NCBI GenBank assembly: GCA_963850305.1
Contig: CAWKKR010000007.1
Coordinates: 896,001-960,000 of the forward strand
Reading direction: 5' to 3'
From: an uncultured delta proteobacterium
Lineage (GTDB): Bacteria > Myxococcota_A > Polyangia > Polyangiales > Polyangiaceae
Length of the DNA: 64,000 bases
Positions 30,199 through 39,500 of this stretch are shown here, piece after piece. The notes under the pieces were generated by a model. That model saw only the letters and a list, made by a program, of their open reading frames with translations, did not search any database and was not told the origin of the DNA. The position numbers and the translations under genes were made by a program. Position 1 is the stretch's first letter, and each line of letters opens with the position of its first letter.

Positions 30199-30753
30199 AT
30201 GGCCATGATTCGCTCGATCCTCGCCGCCGCTTCCGGCGTGTTTCTCGTGGGGACAATCGTCTCGGGCTGCGGAAGCAAGTCGGATTCCGGAGGCGATAGC
30301 CAGGCATCCTCCCAGACGGGGTACGCCGCGGAGCCCGCGTGCTCCGTGGAAACGCGCGCCACGCCGTACAGCGCCGGTATGTCGGAGACGGCGGCAGACG
30401 GCATGGTCGTGACGATCGACAATGCCGTTCCGGCGCCGCCGCGTATCGGCCAGCCCGACCCCACGACGAGGAAGTACAACCAGTGGACGATGTCCGTTCG
30501 TGCCGGTCTGGACGGCGGCATCGGAGATGCTGGCCCGGGACAGCTCATCCCCAACGCAACTCTGAAGATTACACCGTACATGCCCGATCACGGTCACGGC
30601 AGCCCGGTCAACAACGTCGTCACCCCTCAGGGCGACGGGACCTACTCGGTCCGCGATCTCGACTTCAGCATGCAAGGGTTCTGGGACGTGACGGTCGCAG
30701 TGACCGTCGGCGGCACGACCGAGCAGGTCATCTTCCCGCTCTGCGTCGACTGA
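30199..30753 (+). CDS. YtkA/FixH-like lipoprotein
   Basis: AAGGAG RBS, lipobox VSGC, PYMPDHGHGS, DGTY..DFSMQGFW. Confidence 0.72.
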   Translation: MAMIRSILAAASGVFLVGTIVSGCGSKSDSGGDSQASSQTGYAAEPACSVETRATPYSAGMSETAADGMVVTIDNAVPAPPRIGQPDPTTRKYNQWTMSVRAGLDGGIGDAGPGQLIPNATLKITPYMPDHGHGSPVNNVVTPQGDGTYSVRDLDFSMQGFWDVTVAVTVGGTTEQVIFPLCVD

Positions 30754-30760
30754 GCTGCTG

Positions 30761-32365
30761 TCAGAAAACTTTGGATGAACCGGTGATCACGCAGGTCGCA
30801 GGCTCGCTGCCGACGAGCTTGGTGCCCAGATTTTCGGCCTGGGCCAGAGCGGGAGTCCAGACGAGGGTCGTCGTGATGCCGCCGTCGCCTGGATCCGGCA
30901 CGTCGTCGATGGTCGGGAGAGCGTCGACGATGGCTTGCGACGACGCGTCTGCAGGGCCGCCGAGGTCGAGCTGCGCGGAAGCGTCCTGGACGCCTGCGTC
31001 GCCGCCGCCGGGAGGCGCGGTCAAGCCCGTTCCGAAGAGATCGTTCAGGACGTCGCGGCCGATCGTTCGCATGTGGATGGTCAGAGTGACCTTCGCCGGC
31101 GTCTGATAATGGCTGCCGATCTGGTACTGCCGCATGTGGTACGTGCGGTACGCGTGCGGAGCAGCGAATAGGGGGCTGGTCGAATCGAGTGTCTGCGTCT
31201 CGGGTATGGGTGTCTGCTGGCCCGCTGACTGGTCGATGCTCGCCACCTGCCAGAACATGTGCGCGGGCTGGCCGCTCTGGTCGAGCGCGACGTCGCGGAA
31301 CACCCAGAGATCTGGATCGTTCTTGACGTCAATGACCGGCGTTCCGGGGGGGACGACTCCGCTCCTGTACGTCTCCGTGCCGTCGGCCGCGTAAGCGTGC
31401 ACTTCGACCCACATCCGCCGATCCTGGCTCGCCCCTGAAGGCACTTTGTGCCCGGCGCCAAAGTTGTCGATCCCGACGATGGCGTTCCCGCTGTCCGGTG
31501 CGACGCACAGGTCGGTGAGCATCGCGGTGGAGAACTGGCTCTCTACTTGCTCCAGCTGCACGTCCTTCTCCGGAAATCCGGGCGTGATTGCCACGTCGAT
31601 TCCGGGGAATTCATGGTGGTGCCGGAACGGACGCGAGGGAACGACGAGGCCCGGCGCGCTGGCGATGGGGACATTGATGTCGGTCGCCATGTGGCAATTC
31701 CCGCACGACTCGGGCGTGGGGCTTGCGGGCCTCGGCTTGCTGAAGATCGACGCGTTCCACTCGGTGAACGTGCGTTCGAGCGCCACGTCCTGCGCCGCGC
31801 CGGAGAAGTGCGCGGGCACGACGATATCGTGGCACGAACCACAGAGCGTCGAGCTATCGGCGACGTCGTTGCTGTCGTGGAGCTTCGAGTACGCGCCGAT
31901 GTGCACGTCGTTCTTCACGGGGTTCGCGATGCCGCCCCGCATCGTCGTGTCGTTCGCGAGGACGAGCGGGTTGTTGTGCGTCCCCTGGACGTCCTTCACC
32001 TGGTGGCAGAAGTAACAGGTGACGCCCTGTAGATCGGCGGGCACGGTGTCGAGATTCAGTCCGTCGGTCGTGGCGTTCTCCGAGACGGCGAGGGGCGCGT
32101 GGCAGTTCACGCAGAAGTTCCCGAGCTGTCCGCCGGTGTCTTTCTGGCCTCGCGCGTTCATGGCGCGGAAGACGGGATCGATCGACGCATAGGCGTGCAT
32201 GCTGCCCGACCACTCCGTGTAGTGCTCCGCGTGACATTGCTTGCACGTCGTCGGGTCCATCAGCTGGGCGCGGGTGTCGGTCTTCTGGGGACCGCTGTCA
32301 CCCCCGCAGGCGGCGACGGCGCCGAGGAGCGGCACCGAAAAAAGAAATAGTCCGACATGTCTCAT
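30761..32365 (-). CDS. Pentaheme c-type cytochrome lipoprotein (c554-like N-terminus)
   Basis: Lipobox VAAC; five CxxCH (CKQCH, CVNCH, CYFCH, CGSCH, CGNCH); YTEWSGSMHA; GAGHKVPSG..RR; ATGA overlap with the upstream gene. Confidence 0.9.
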   Translation of the reverse strand: MRHVGLFLFSVPLLGAVAACGGDSGPQKTDTRAQLMDPTTCKQCHAEHYTEWSGSMHAYASIDPVFRAMNARGQKDTGGQLGNFCVNCHAPLAVSENATTDGLNLDTVPADLQGVTCYFCHQVKDVQGTHNNPLVLANDTTMRGGIANPVKNDVHIGAYSKLHDSNDVADSSTLCGSCHDIVVPAHFSGAAQDVALERTFTEWNASIFSKPRPASPTPESCGNCHMATDINVPIASAPGLVVPSRPFRHHHEFPGIDVAITPGFPEKDVQLEQVESQFSTAMLTDLCVAPDSGNAIVGIDNFGAGHKVPSGASQDRRMWVEVHAYAADGTETYRSGVVPPGTPVIDVKNDPDLWVFRDVALDQSGQPAHMFWQVASIDQSAGQQTPIPETQTLDSTSPLFAAPHAYRTYHMRQYQIGSHYQTPAKVTLTIHMRTIGRDVLNDLFGTGLTAPPGGGDAGVQDASAQLDLGGPADASSQAIVDALPTIDDVPDPGDGGITTTLVWTPALAQAENLGTKLVGSEPATCVITGSSKVF

Positions 32366-32832
32366 GGGCCAGGCGCTCCTTTCTTGATCCACTGGACGAT
32401 GGCGCAGAGCGTCTGATCGTCCAGATGATCGCCGGGCGGCATCGACCAGGGATCTCCCACGGACTCGAGCCGCACGATGACTTTGCCGCAACTGACGTCG
32501 CCTGGGATGACGCGCCTCTGGCCCTCCGCGTTGGTTGCCAGAAGATCTGCGTACGCCGTGTCGATATCGTCGAGCTTGAGGCCCGCCTCCGGATTCGAGC
32601 CGCCGTGGCAGCCCCCGAGGTCGCTATGGCTGCACGTCGGAAAGAGCGTCTCGGTGAACAGGTTCTCGAAGGTTGGCGGGTAGAGCGGGTCCGTGCACGC
32701 AGCGTTCGCGGGAGTCGACAGGCACGTCGGCTCCCCGCCAGTAGCGTCCTTGGACCCGCACCCCGACGTCACGGCGAGTCCCGCGAAGCCGAGCGCGACG
32801 AGTCGTGCGAAGACTCGAGCTCGGAAAGGCAT
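32362..32832 (-). CDS. Lipoprotein with cytochrome c-like domain (CX7CH), paralog of 21220-21864
   Basis: Lipobox TSGC, PTFENLF..CSHSDLGGCHG..RVIPGD..SMPP..QWIKKGA. Confidence 0.65.
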   Translation of the reverse strand: MPFRARVFARLVALGFAGLAVTSGCGSKDATGGEPTCLSTPANAACTDPLYPPTFENLFTETLFPTCSHSDLGGCHGGSNPEAGLKLDDIDTAYADLLATNAEGQRRVIPGDVSCGKVIVRLESVGDPWSMPPGDHLDDQTLCAIVQWIKKGAPGP

Positions 32833-32984
32833 TCGGATATCAGCGACTTCACCCTCCCGCGACCACGAGGTCAAGGACGGTCCAGGCCTGCCACCTGGGC
32901 TCGATAGTGGCACCAACCCGCACGCCTGGTCGGCATAAAAGCCTGGGGGCGCTCCGTGGCGCGAGCCGGCTCCTCGACGCGACG

Positions 32985-33104
32985 TCAGCCCTTCTTGTCG
33001 CTCTTCGGCGTCGTCAGGAAGAGGATCGCGGGGATGGTTCCGATGAGGAGAACGATCGAGCCGACGATCGCGGCGAGATTGACGAGGCCGTTGTCGAGGG
33101 TCAT
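32985..33104 (-). CDS. Small single-pass membrane protein (39 aa), not in ORF track
   Basis: MTLDNGLVNLAAIVGSIVLLIGTIPAILFLTTPKSDKKG*; almost all third codon positions G/C; alternative ATG at 33128. Confidence 0.6.
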   Translation of the reverse strand: MTLDNGLVNLAAIVGSIVLLIGTIPAILFLTTPKSDKKG

Positions 33105-33298
33105 GGCGTCTTGGTCAGGACCATACATCGAGGCGCGCGGATGGCAAGCGCTAGCACGCCTTACCAGGCTCTTTGGCAGGACGGGTCCCTCGGACTGCCC
33201 GCTCGGGCGTTGGTGAGGGCGCGACGGGGCTCGATGGGTCGGGGCCGTGATATAAGCCCGTGACGCTCGGGCAGCGCCCGGGCATGGAGGCGGCCTCG

Positions 33299-33856
33299 AT
33301 GATCGACGAAGTTCTGAGCGAACTCCATCAGAACATGGAGAAGGCTCACGCGGCGCTGAAGCGGGATCTGACGAAGCTCCGGACCGGTCGCGCGCATTCC
33401 TCGATGCTGGACGGGATTCGCGTGGATTACTACGGTCAGCCGACGCCCCTCGCGCAGCTGGCGACGGTCAACGTTCCCGAAGCGCGGCTCATCACCGTGA
33501 AGCCCTGGGACAAGTCCCAGGTCAAAGCCGTCGAGAAGGCCCTCAAGGAAAGTGACGCCGGCCTGAACCCCTCGGTCGATGGGGACCTCATCCGGATCCC
33601 GGTGCCCCCGCTCAGCGAGGAGCGCCGCAAGGATCTCGTCAAGGTCGCGCGCCGAAATGGCGAAGAATGCCGGGTCGTCATCCGCAAGGCGCGGCACGAG
33701 GCGCTCGACCTGCTCGCGGAAATCAAAAAAGACGGCGGCGCGAGCGAGGACGACGTCGAGCGCGCGAAGAAGAAAGCGGAAGAAATCGTGGCCGAGGGCG
33801 GACACACCGTGGACGCCATCATTCAGGGGAAAGAAAAGGACATCCTGGAGATCTGA
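33299..33856 (+). CDS. frr: Ribosome recycling factor
   Basis: [57 protein letters not shown]. Confidence 0.97.
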   Translation: MIDEVLSELHQNMEKAHAALKRDLTKLRTGRAHSSMLDGIRVDYYGQPTPLAQLATVNVPEARLITVKPWDKSQVKAVEKALKESDAGLNPSVDGDLIRIPVPPLSEERRKDLVKVARRNGEECRVVIRKARHEALDLLAEIKKDGGASEDDVERAKKKAEEIVAEGGHTVDAIIQGKEKDILEI

Positions 33857-33935
33857 CGCCCCGGCAAGTCGCTCGCGGGCGCGCGGGATCTTCGCCGGAT
33901 TCCGGACGAAACCGGGCCGTTTGCCGATGAGGTCG

Positions 33936-33965
33936 TTGTTCGGCGGCCCGAGCCGGGCCTATGAT
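33936..33965 (+). promoter_or_regulatory. Possible sigma70-type promoter of the PP2C gene
   Basis: TTGTTC (33936-33941)-N18-TATGAT (33960-33965). Confidence 0.35.
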
Positions 33966-33981
33966 AAGATTTTTGAGAGAA

Positions 33982-34884
33982 ATGCGCGCCGTAGCCCACG
34001 GAATCAGCGACGTCGGTTTGCAGCGCGAGCACAATGAAGACAGCTTCGCCGTGCTCGCCGACCATGGTCTGTCCATCGTCGCGGATGGAATGGGCGGACA
34101 TCGCGCAGGGGACGTTGCGAGTCGTCTTGCGACGGACGCCATCGGTGAATTCTTCAAGAAGACGTCGAATGAGGACGCCACCTGGCCGTTTCATTTCGAC
34201 CCGAACCTCTCGGACGAGGAAAACAAGCTCATCACGTCCATTCGCCTCGCGAATCGCCAGATCTACGAGCACAGCACACGCTCGCAGGAGCTCCGCGGCA
34301 TGGGCACGACGGTCGTCGGGGCCCTGTATTCGCGCCGCAAGAATCGGATGTTCCTGGGTCACGTCGGCGACAGCCGCGCGTACCGCGTCCGTCACGGCGA
34401 GATCAAACAGATGACGCGGGATCACTCCCTCGTGAACGACTACCTGGCGGCGATGCCCGACATGACCGAGGAGCAGCGCAGCGAGCTGCCGAAGAACGTC
34501 ATCACGCGTGCGCTCGGCATGCAGGACAACGTGGAGGTGGACCTCCAGAGCGACGAATGCGAGCCGGGGGACACGTACGTGCTCTGCTCGGACGGCCTGA
34601 GCGGCATGATCAGCGACCGCGAGATCCTGGACGTCGTCACGGGCAGCGAGAAGCTCGAGGATGCCTGCCGCACGCTCATCAGCATGGCCAACGAGCACGG
34701 CGGGGAAGACAACATCACGGCGATCCTGATTCGCGTCGAGGACGACGCCGATCCACACCGGAACCTGGAGCTATCGACGACGCAGCCTCAATTGGGGCAG
34801 GCAACGGAGATGGGCTCGCTCGACACGCCCCGGGCACCGCAGGCATCGAGCACCGATCCCGCCCCGCCGCCGTCGAGGCCGTAA
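33982..34884 (+). CDS. Stp1/IreP-family PP2C Ser/Thr phosphatase (resembles Myxococcus Pph1)
   Basis: [23 protein letters not shown] insertion, [39 protein letters not shown]. Confidence 0.93.
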   Translation: MRAVAHGISDVGLQREHNEDSFAVLADHGLSIVADGMGGHRAGDVASRLATDAIGEFFKKTSNEDATWPFHFDPNLSDEENKLITSIRLANRQIYEHSTRSQELRGMGTTVVGALYSRRKNRMFLGHVGDSRAYRVRHGEIKQMTRDHSLVNDYLAAMPDMTEEQRSELPKNVITRALGMQDNVEVDLQSDECEPGDTYVLCSDGLSGMISDREILDVVTGSEKLEDACRTLISMANEHGGEDNITAILIRVEDDADPHRNLELSTTQPQLGQATEMGSLDTPRAPQASSTDPAPPPSRP

Positions 34885-34916
34885 GGGGCCCGGCCCGGCC
34901 CCGCCGCGCGGGCGGT

Positions 34917-35513
34917 CTAGCCGCTGCAGTTCTCGAAGAGGAACGCGCCGTCGGTGAGGCAGTCGGACGCGCCCGTCTGGCTCGCGACGTTGAACGCGTC
35001 GCAGTGGAACGTGGCCCAGATTTCTCCTTTTTTGATGCCGCCTTTGTTGGGCGTAATCGTCAGAGTGCAGCTGTTGCTGGTCCGGCTCTTCTGCGTCTGG
35101 GAGTCGTAGGAGTTCATGGTCAGCCCGGTGCTGCTCCCCGAAGCACTCACCGTGCCGGTCACGCTGAGCGTGAGGTCGGACGAGGATACCGAGGCGGAGA
35201 CCTCGAATTCGTCACCCGACGGCGCCACCGAACAGGTGACGCGGATCCCCTGGGAGCGGTCGACCACGACATTCTCGTCGGGCTTGCAGCCGGTGCTCTC
35301 GTCGCAATTAAGCAGCTCCTGGTTGACCTCGTTCTGGATGCTCTGCTGAGGGATACTCAGATAAGAATGCGAGCCGTCGCACGACTCGCCGCTCGACGGG
35401 TCCGGCTGAACGGCAATCGTGATCGCTGCCTGCGGCGGTGGATTTGGTGGCGCACTGCAGGCGAGGGCGCCAAAAGAGACCGCTGGCACCGCAAGCGTAA
35501 GAGCAAGATTCAT
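34917..35513 (-). CDS. Hypothetical lipoprotein (beta-rich, several Cys)
   Basis: GGAGG RBS, lipobox ALAC, C-terminal GEIWATFHC..C..GAFLFENC. Confidence 0.7.
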   Translation of the reverse strand: MNLALTLAVPAVSFGALACSAPPNPPPQAAITIAVQPDPSSGESCDGSHSYLSIPQQSIQNEVNQELLNCDESTGCKPDENVVVDRSQGIRVTCSVAPSGDEFEVSASVSSSDLTLSVTGTVSASGSSTGLTMNSYDSQTQKSRTSNSCTLTITPNKGGIKKGEIWATFHCDAFNVASQTGASDCLTDGAFLFENCSG

Positions 35514-35643
35514 CCGACAGGTCCTCCGGGAATCCCTATCTACCCCAGTCGCGCACGCGCGGGCAAACGGAGCATTTCGACGATCCGCCCGGAATGCAAG
35601 CCTCCGCCTGTACGACACGCGCCAGGGACCGGAACAGTTACGG

Positions 35644-35717
35644 GGTGAGTGACGGGGATCGAACCCGCGACAACAGGAGCCACAATCCTGTGCTCTACCA
35701 ACTGAGCTACACCCACC
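35644..35717 (-). tRNA. tRNA-His (anticodon GTG) with encoded G-1; CCA not encoded (CCG)
   Basis: Minus strand G-GTGGGTG-TAGCTCAGTTGGTAGAGCA-CAGGA-TTGTGGC-TCCTG-TTGTC-GCGGG-TTCGATC-CCCGT-CACTCAC-C. Confidence 0.97.
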
Positions 35718-35736
35718 GTGAACAGGGGGGCGACGG

Positions 35737-35766
35737 ATCTTAGCTCAGCTGGGGTGCACCCCGCAA
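35737..35766 (-). promoter_or_regulatory. Promoter of tRNA-His
   Basis: Minus strand TTGCGG-N18-TAAGAT followed by a GC-rich discriminator. Confidence 0.45.
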
Positions 35767-35787
35767 CCAGGGGCTTTGCGCTCCTGT

Positions 35788-35996
35788 GCCCTCCCGAGCT
35801 CGCCCACGCTCGGAGCGGCTTGCGTCGAGCCCTCCCGAGCTCAATCGAGCTCTCTGCCGCTCAGGTGAGCCGTCGCAACGCTCAATCGAGCGTCGCACGA
35901 CTCGATTCGAGCCGCGCCGAGCTCAATCGAGCGACCACCTACCTCGATTCGAGCCGCGCCGAGCTCACCGAAGCACGGTCTCGCCTCGGTTCGAGC
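35788..35996. repeat. Degenerate ~41-42 bp tandem repeat (~5 copies)
   Basis: GCC(C/G)..CCGAGCTC core at 35788, 35829, 35869, 35911, 35953; exact 25-mer CTCGATTCGAGCCGCGCCGAGCTCA at 35901 and 35943. Confidence 0.7.
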
Positions 35997-36166
35997 GGGC
36001 GGGGGCACAGACGAGCTTTTTTTCGCTCGCGACGAGCCGCCCGACGCAGGCGTGAGCCATTGGACGCGCTCGGCGAGCAAACCGAGCACACGCATGCGCT
36101 GCTCTGCCGCGCGAATGAGCAAAATCCGGCTACCTCGTCCGGCCCGACTGCCCATCAAGGCTGCGC

Positions 36167-37198
36167 TCAGCCGAGCCGTTCGTAGCGGTTCGCGGCCTCG
36201 CGGGCACGAGAGAGGTCGGCTTCGTGCCGAGGGTCGATCGAGCCGAGGGCCACGGAGCTCGGCGCGGCCGCCAGGGCGTCCAGCACGGCGCGGAGCGACC
36301 CCTCGAGACCATCGAGATCGTAGCCCCCTTCGAGCACCAGGCCGAGGCGGCCTCCAGGTCCGCGGGGGATGGCCTGCCGCAGTTGCTGAATCATTCCAGC
36401 GTACCCTTGCTCGGTCACGCGCATCTCCGCGAGCGGATCGCGAGCGTGCGCGTCGAAGCCCGCGCTGATGAGCACCAGCTCCGGGTCGAACGACGCGAGC
36501 TTCGGTCCGACGATGCGCTCGAAGGCGGCAACGTAAGCAGCGTCGCCGGCGCCGGCCGATAAAGGTACGTTGACCGTGGCCCCCTTGCCGTCGCCGCGGC
36601 CAGACTCCGCGACGTCGCCCGTGCCCGGATAAAACGGGAACTGGTGCAGCGAAATGAACAGCACGGACGGGTCGTCGTAGAAGATCTCCTGCGTGCCGTT
36701 CCCGTGATGCACGTCGAAGTCGACGATGGCGACCCGAGCGACGCCGCGTGCCCGCGCGTGCGCCGCGGCGACGGCGACGTTGTTCAACAGACAGAACCCC
36801 ATCGCGCAACCCGGGCGTGCGTGATGGCCGGGAGGGCGCACGAGCCCGAGTCCGAACGCCGCCTTGCCGTCGAGGAGAGCGTCCGTCAGGGCGATCGCGC
36901 CGCCTGCAGCCCGCCGCGCCGCAGCGTAGCTCTCCGGAGCGAAATACGTGTCCGCGTCGAGATACCCCGTCCGCCCGTCGATCTTCGAGAGTTCCTCGAG
37001 GTAGGCGGGTTCGTGGACGCGGGCGAGTTCATCGAGGGAGGCATCCCGGGGCGCGAGTTGCTGGATCGAGCCGACCCGGGCGCCCGAGAGGGCTCGCCGC
37101 GCCGCTTCGAGCCGCTCTGGACGCTCCGGATGTCCCGAAACCGGCGACCTGTGCTCGAGAAAGAGCGGATCCTCGACGACGGCAATGGTGTTTTCCAT
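36167..37198 (-). CDS. Zn-dependent histone deacetylase / acetylpolyamine amidohydrolase family protein
   Basis: HPERPERL, RPPGHHA, MGFCLLNN, DFDVHHGNGTQ, SLHQ, SAGFDAH, LEGGY. Confidence 0.95.
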   Translation of the reverse strand: MENTIAVVEDPLFLEHRSPVSGHPERPERLEAARRALSGARVGSIQQLAPRDASLDELARVHEPAYLEELSKIDGRTGYLDADTYFAPESYAAARRAAGGAIALTDALLDGKAAFGLGLVRPPGHHARPGCAMGFCLLNNVAVAAAHARARGVARVAIVDFDVHHGNGTQEIFYDDPSVLFISLHQFPFYPGTGDVAESGRGDGKGATVNVPLSAGAGDAAYVAAFERIVGPKLASFDPELVLISAGFDAHARDPLAEMRVTEQGYAGMIQQLRQAIPRGPGGRLGLVLEGGYDLDGLEGSLRAVLDALAAAPSSVALGSIDPRHEADLSRAREAANRYERLG

Positions 37199-37309
37199 CA
37201 GGTTTCGGTAGCGTAGCTCACTGTACCTTCACCAGGCGCGGCCCGAGAGAGCTCTCGGGGCCATCGTGCCGGCAAACCACCGGCAGGCCAGGTAGAAGGG
37301 GGGAGCACC

Positions 37310-38479
37310 ATGCGTTCGAAGATCATCATCGTTAATGCCGGCATCATCGTCATCGTGGCGGTTCTGTCGTTCGTGCTTCTCGCCACGGGCCTCCGGAGCA
37401 CGCTGGCTGATCCCGCTGCGAGGAAGGCAGACGCCGAACGGTCGCTGCGCAGCGCCAACGCTCAGCTGGATCTCGACGGCCTGCTTCTGGAGCGTTGGCT
37501 CGCCGAGCAGGCGACCCGCCCCGAGGTAAGGGACGTTTTCTCGGGTGGCACCGAACAGGCCCGGAACGATCGCGCGACGGCGGAGGCCGACAAGCTGCGC
37601 GGCATCGCGACGTCGAACCCGGAGTTTGCCCGGATACCGCCGGCCCTGGTGCTCTTCGTCGACAAGGACGGCGTCGCGCTCGGCCGCGACGGCTCGGCGT
37701 TGATGCGCGGAGACAAGATGGCCGACGCGTATCCATCGCTCGGGGCCGCACTGAAGGCCGGCCACACGATGAGCGATATCTGGCTCAACCGCGCGCGCCA
37801 GGAGCAGCTCTTCGCCAGCTACGCGCCCGTTCGTGGCGACGACGGTACGGTGGTCGGATCGCTCGTGATCGGCACGGCCTTGAACGACGAGCGCCTCAGC
37901 AGGACCAGTGATCTCACGAGCGGCGCCGCGCTCGTGCTCGGGGTCAAAGGTCAGGCCGCCAAGCTCGAGATCATCGCGAAGAGCGACCAGGCCGGGGCCG
38001 ATGTTCTCGGCATCGCCCAGTCCGGCCCCGTCATGGACGCCGCAACCGCGGCGCTCGGGAGCGGGAACCTGACCAACGTGAGCGATGCGTCGAAGGATTT
38101 CGTCGTGACGGTGGCACCTCTCGGCGGCTATGGCGACGGAGCGAACGCGGCCCTCATCGCCCTCGTCCCGGCATCCCTGGTCGCCAGCCTTCCGAACCTC
38201 TTGTGGCCGGTATTTGCCGTCGGCGGACTCGGCATCTTGCTGGTCATCGCCGGGGGCGTCGTTCTCGGCAACTACATGTCCGAGCCGATCTCGGAGATCG
38301 AGGAAGGCTTGCTCCAGATCATCAATGGCCGGACCGACCTCCGTTTCCAGCTCGAGCACGAGGAGCTGGGCGGCCTCATCTCGCGCATCAACACGCTTCT
38401 CAATGCGTTGATGGGCGTACCCGAGACCGACGAGGAAGGGCGGACTTCGGCCGCGCCCGAACAGCCGTATCAGGAGTAG
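37310..38479 (+). CDS. Membrane protein: TM - Cache-like periplasmic region - TM - HAMP, no output domain
   Basis: Two hydrophobic helices; LFVDKDG..YAPVRGDDGTVVGSLVIG; EPISEIEEGL..INGRTDLR..EELGGLISRIN; short acidic tail. Confidence 0.7.
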   Translation: MRSKIIIVNAGIIVIVAVLSFVLLATGLRSTLADPAARKADAERSLRSANAQLDLDGLLLERWLAEQATRPEVRDVFSGGTEQARNDRATAEADKLRGIATSNPEFARIPPALVLFVDKDGVALGRDGSALMRGDKMADAYPSLGAALKAGHTMSDIWLNRARQEQLFASYAPVRGDDGTVVGSLVIGTALNDERLSRTSDLTSGAALVLGVKGQAAKLEIIAKSDQAGADVLGIAQSGPVMDAATAALGSGNLTNVSDASKDFVVTVAPLGGYGDGANAALIALVPASLVASLPNLLWPVFAVGGLGILLVIAGGVVLGNYMSEPISEIEEGLLQIINGRTDLRFQLEHEELGGLISRINTLLNALMGVPETDEEGRTSAAPEQPYQE

Positions 38480-38508
38480 ACGGCTTGGGGGCCACCAAGG
38501 CCGCCGCG

Positions 38509-38537
38509 CGGCTGCACCCGGCTGCACCCGGCTGCTC
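38509..38537. repeat. Short intergenic tandem repeat CGGCTGCACC x~3
   Basis: CGGCTGCACC CGGCTGCACC CGGCTGCTC. Confidence 0.6.
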
Positions 38538-38639
38538 GGGTCACGGGGAAGGACTGTCGGGAAGAGGGGGTAACCCTATTTCCGAGCATCTCGGCTCGCC
38601 ACTTGCTATCCCTCGTGCCCCGCCCGCTAGAGATTCTCC

Positions 38640-39389
38640 ATGGGACTCTTCGATTTTCTCGGCAAGAAGACCAGTGACGCGCCGCCGGCGCCCAAGAAGC
38701 CCAGCGCAAAGGACCTTCCGCGCCTGGCGCGCCTTTCCGGCGACAAGATGGCGCAGAACTACGATCGTCAAGAAGCGATCGCCGAGCTCTCGAGGATCGC
38801 CACGGGCGCTGCCGCCGAGGGTCTGCTCAGGAGATTCGGTTTCACCATGGAGCCGTCGATCACCGATCAGGAAGAGAAGGAGTCTGCGGCGGAGGGTGTC
38901 GCTGCGGCCGGCGAAGCGGCCATCGAGCCCATTCGTCGCTACTGCGTGCGGGCCGAAAGCCTCACCTGGCCTCTGAAGATCCTGAAACGCATCGTGGCCG
39001 AAGAGCAGATGATGGATGAGCTCTTGACGCTCCTGGAGCAGTTCGACACCGAGTACGTCCGAAACTCGGAGCCGAAGATCCAGCTCATCGCCGCGCTCGA
39101 GGAATACGTGTCCGATGACGTGCGGACCGCGGTGGAGCCGTATTTGCTCGATGCGAACGAGACCGCCCGGTTTCACGCGGCGGTCACCGTCTTCGCGATG
39201 AACGACGCGAAGAGCGTCGCGCCCCTGGTGAACGCGCTCGCCGAGGAAGAGTCTCTTCGCGTGAAGAATCGCATCGCGGTCGGGCTGGTCGAGAAAGCGT
39301 GGCCGGTCCCCCCGGAACTCGCCGATCCTTGCCGCAAAGGGCTGCCCCCTGGGTTCGTCCTCGACGGCGACCGCGTGCGAAGAAAGTAG
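38640..39389 (+). CDS. HEAT-repeat protein with N-terminal MGLFDFLG amphipathic helix
   Basis: RQEAIAEL, LLDANETARFHA, VAPLVNAL..ESLRVK helical repeats. Confidence 0.75.
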   Translation: MGLFDFLGKKTSDAPPAPKKPSAKDLPRLARLSGDKMAQNYDRQEAIAELSRIATGAAAEGLLRRFGFTMEPSITDQEEKESAAEGVAAAGEAAIEPIRRYCVRAESLTWPLKILKRIVAEEQMMDELLTLLEQFDTEYVRNSEPKIQLIAALEEYVSDDVRTAVEPYLLDANETARFHAAVTVFAMNDAKSVAPLVNALAEEESLRVKNRIAVGLVEKAWPVPPELADPCRKGLPPGFVLDGDRVRRK

Positions 39390-39500
39390 CGACGCAAGGT
39401 CGACGGACCCGGCTGGCCAAAGCGGGTCCTCCGCTTCACGCCGAGGCCGGGGTCGAGGGATAACGGGGAGCGGCCGCGCTGCGCGCTGCGGTACCCGAGA

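Noticed and set aside
32908..33156. sigma54-like TGGCA..GCA motifs at ~32908 and ~33142
   Set aside because: Spacing is GG-N9-GC, not the required N10; the same applies to the palindrome at 9133-9146.
35788..36000. CRISPR array
   Set aside because: Units are degenerate along their whole length, total period only ~41 bp, no unique spacers and no cas genes.
37265..37305. c-di-GMP-I riboswitch (GGCAAACC)
   Set aside because: Lacks the GAAA tetraloop, receptor and downstream GCAAA elements.
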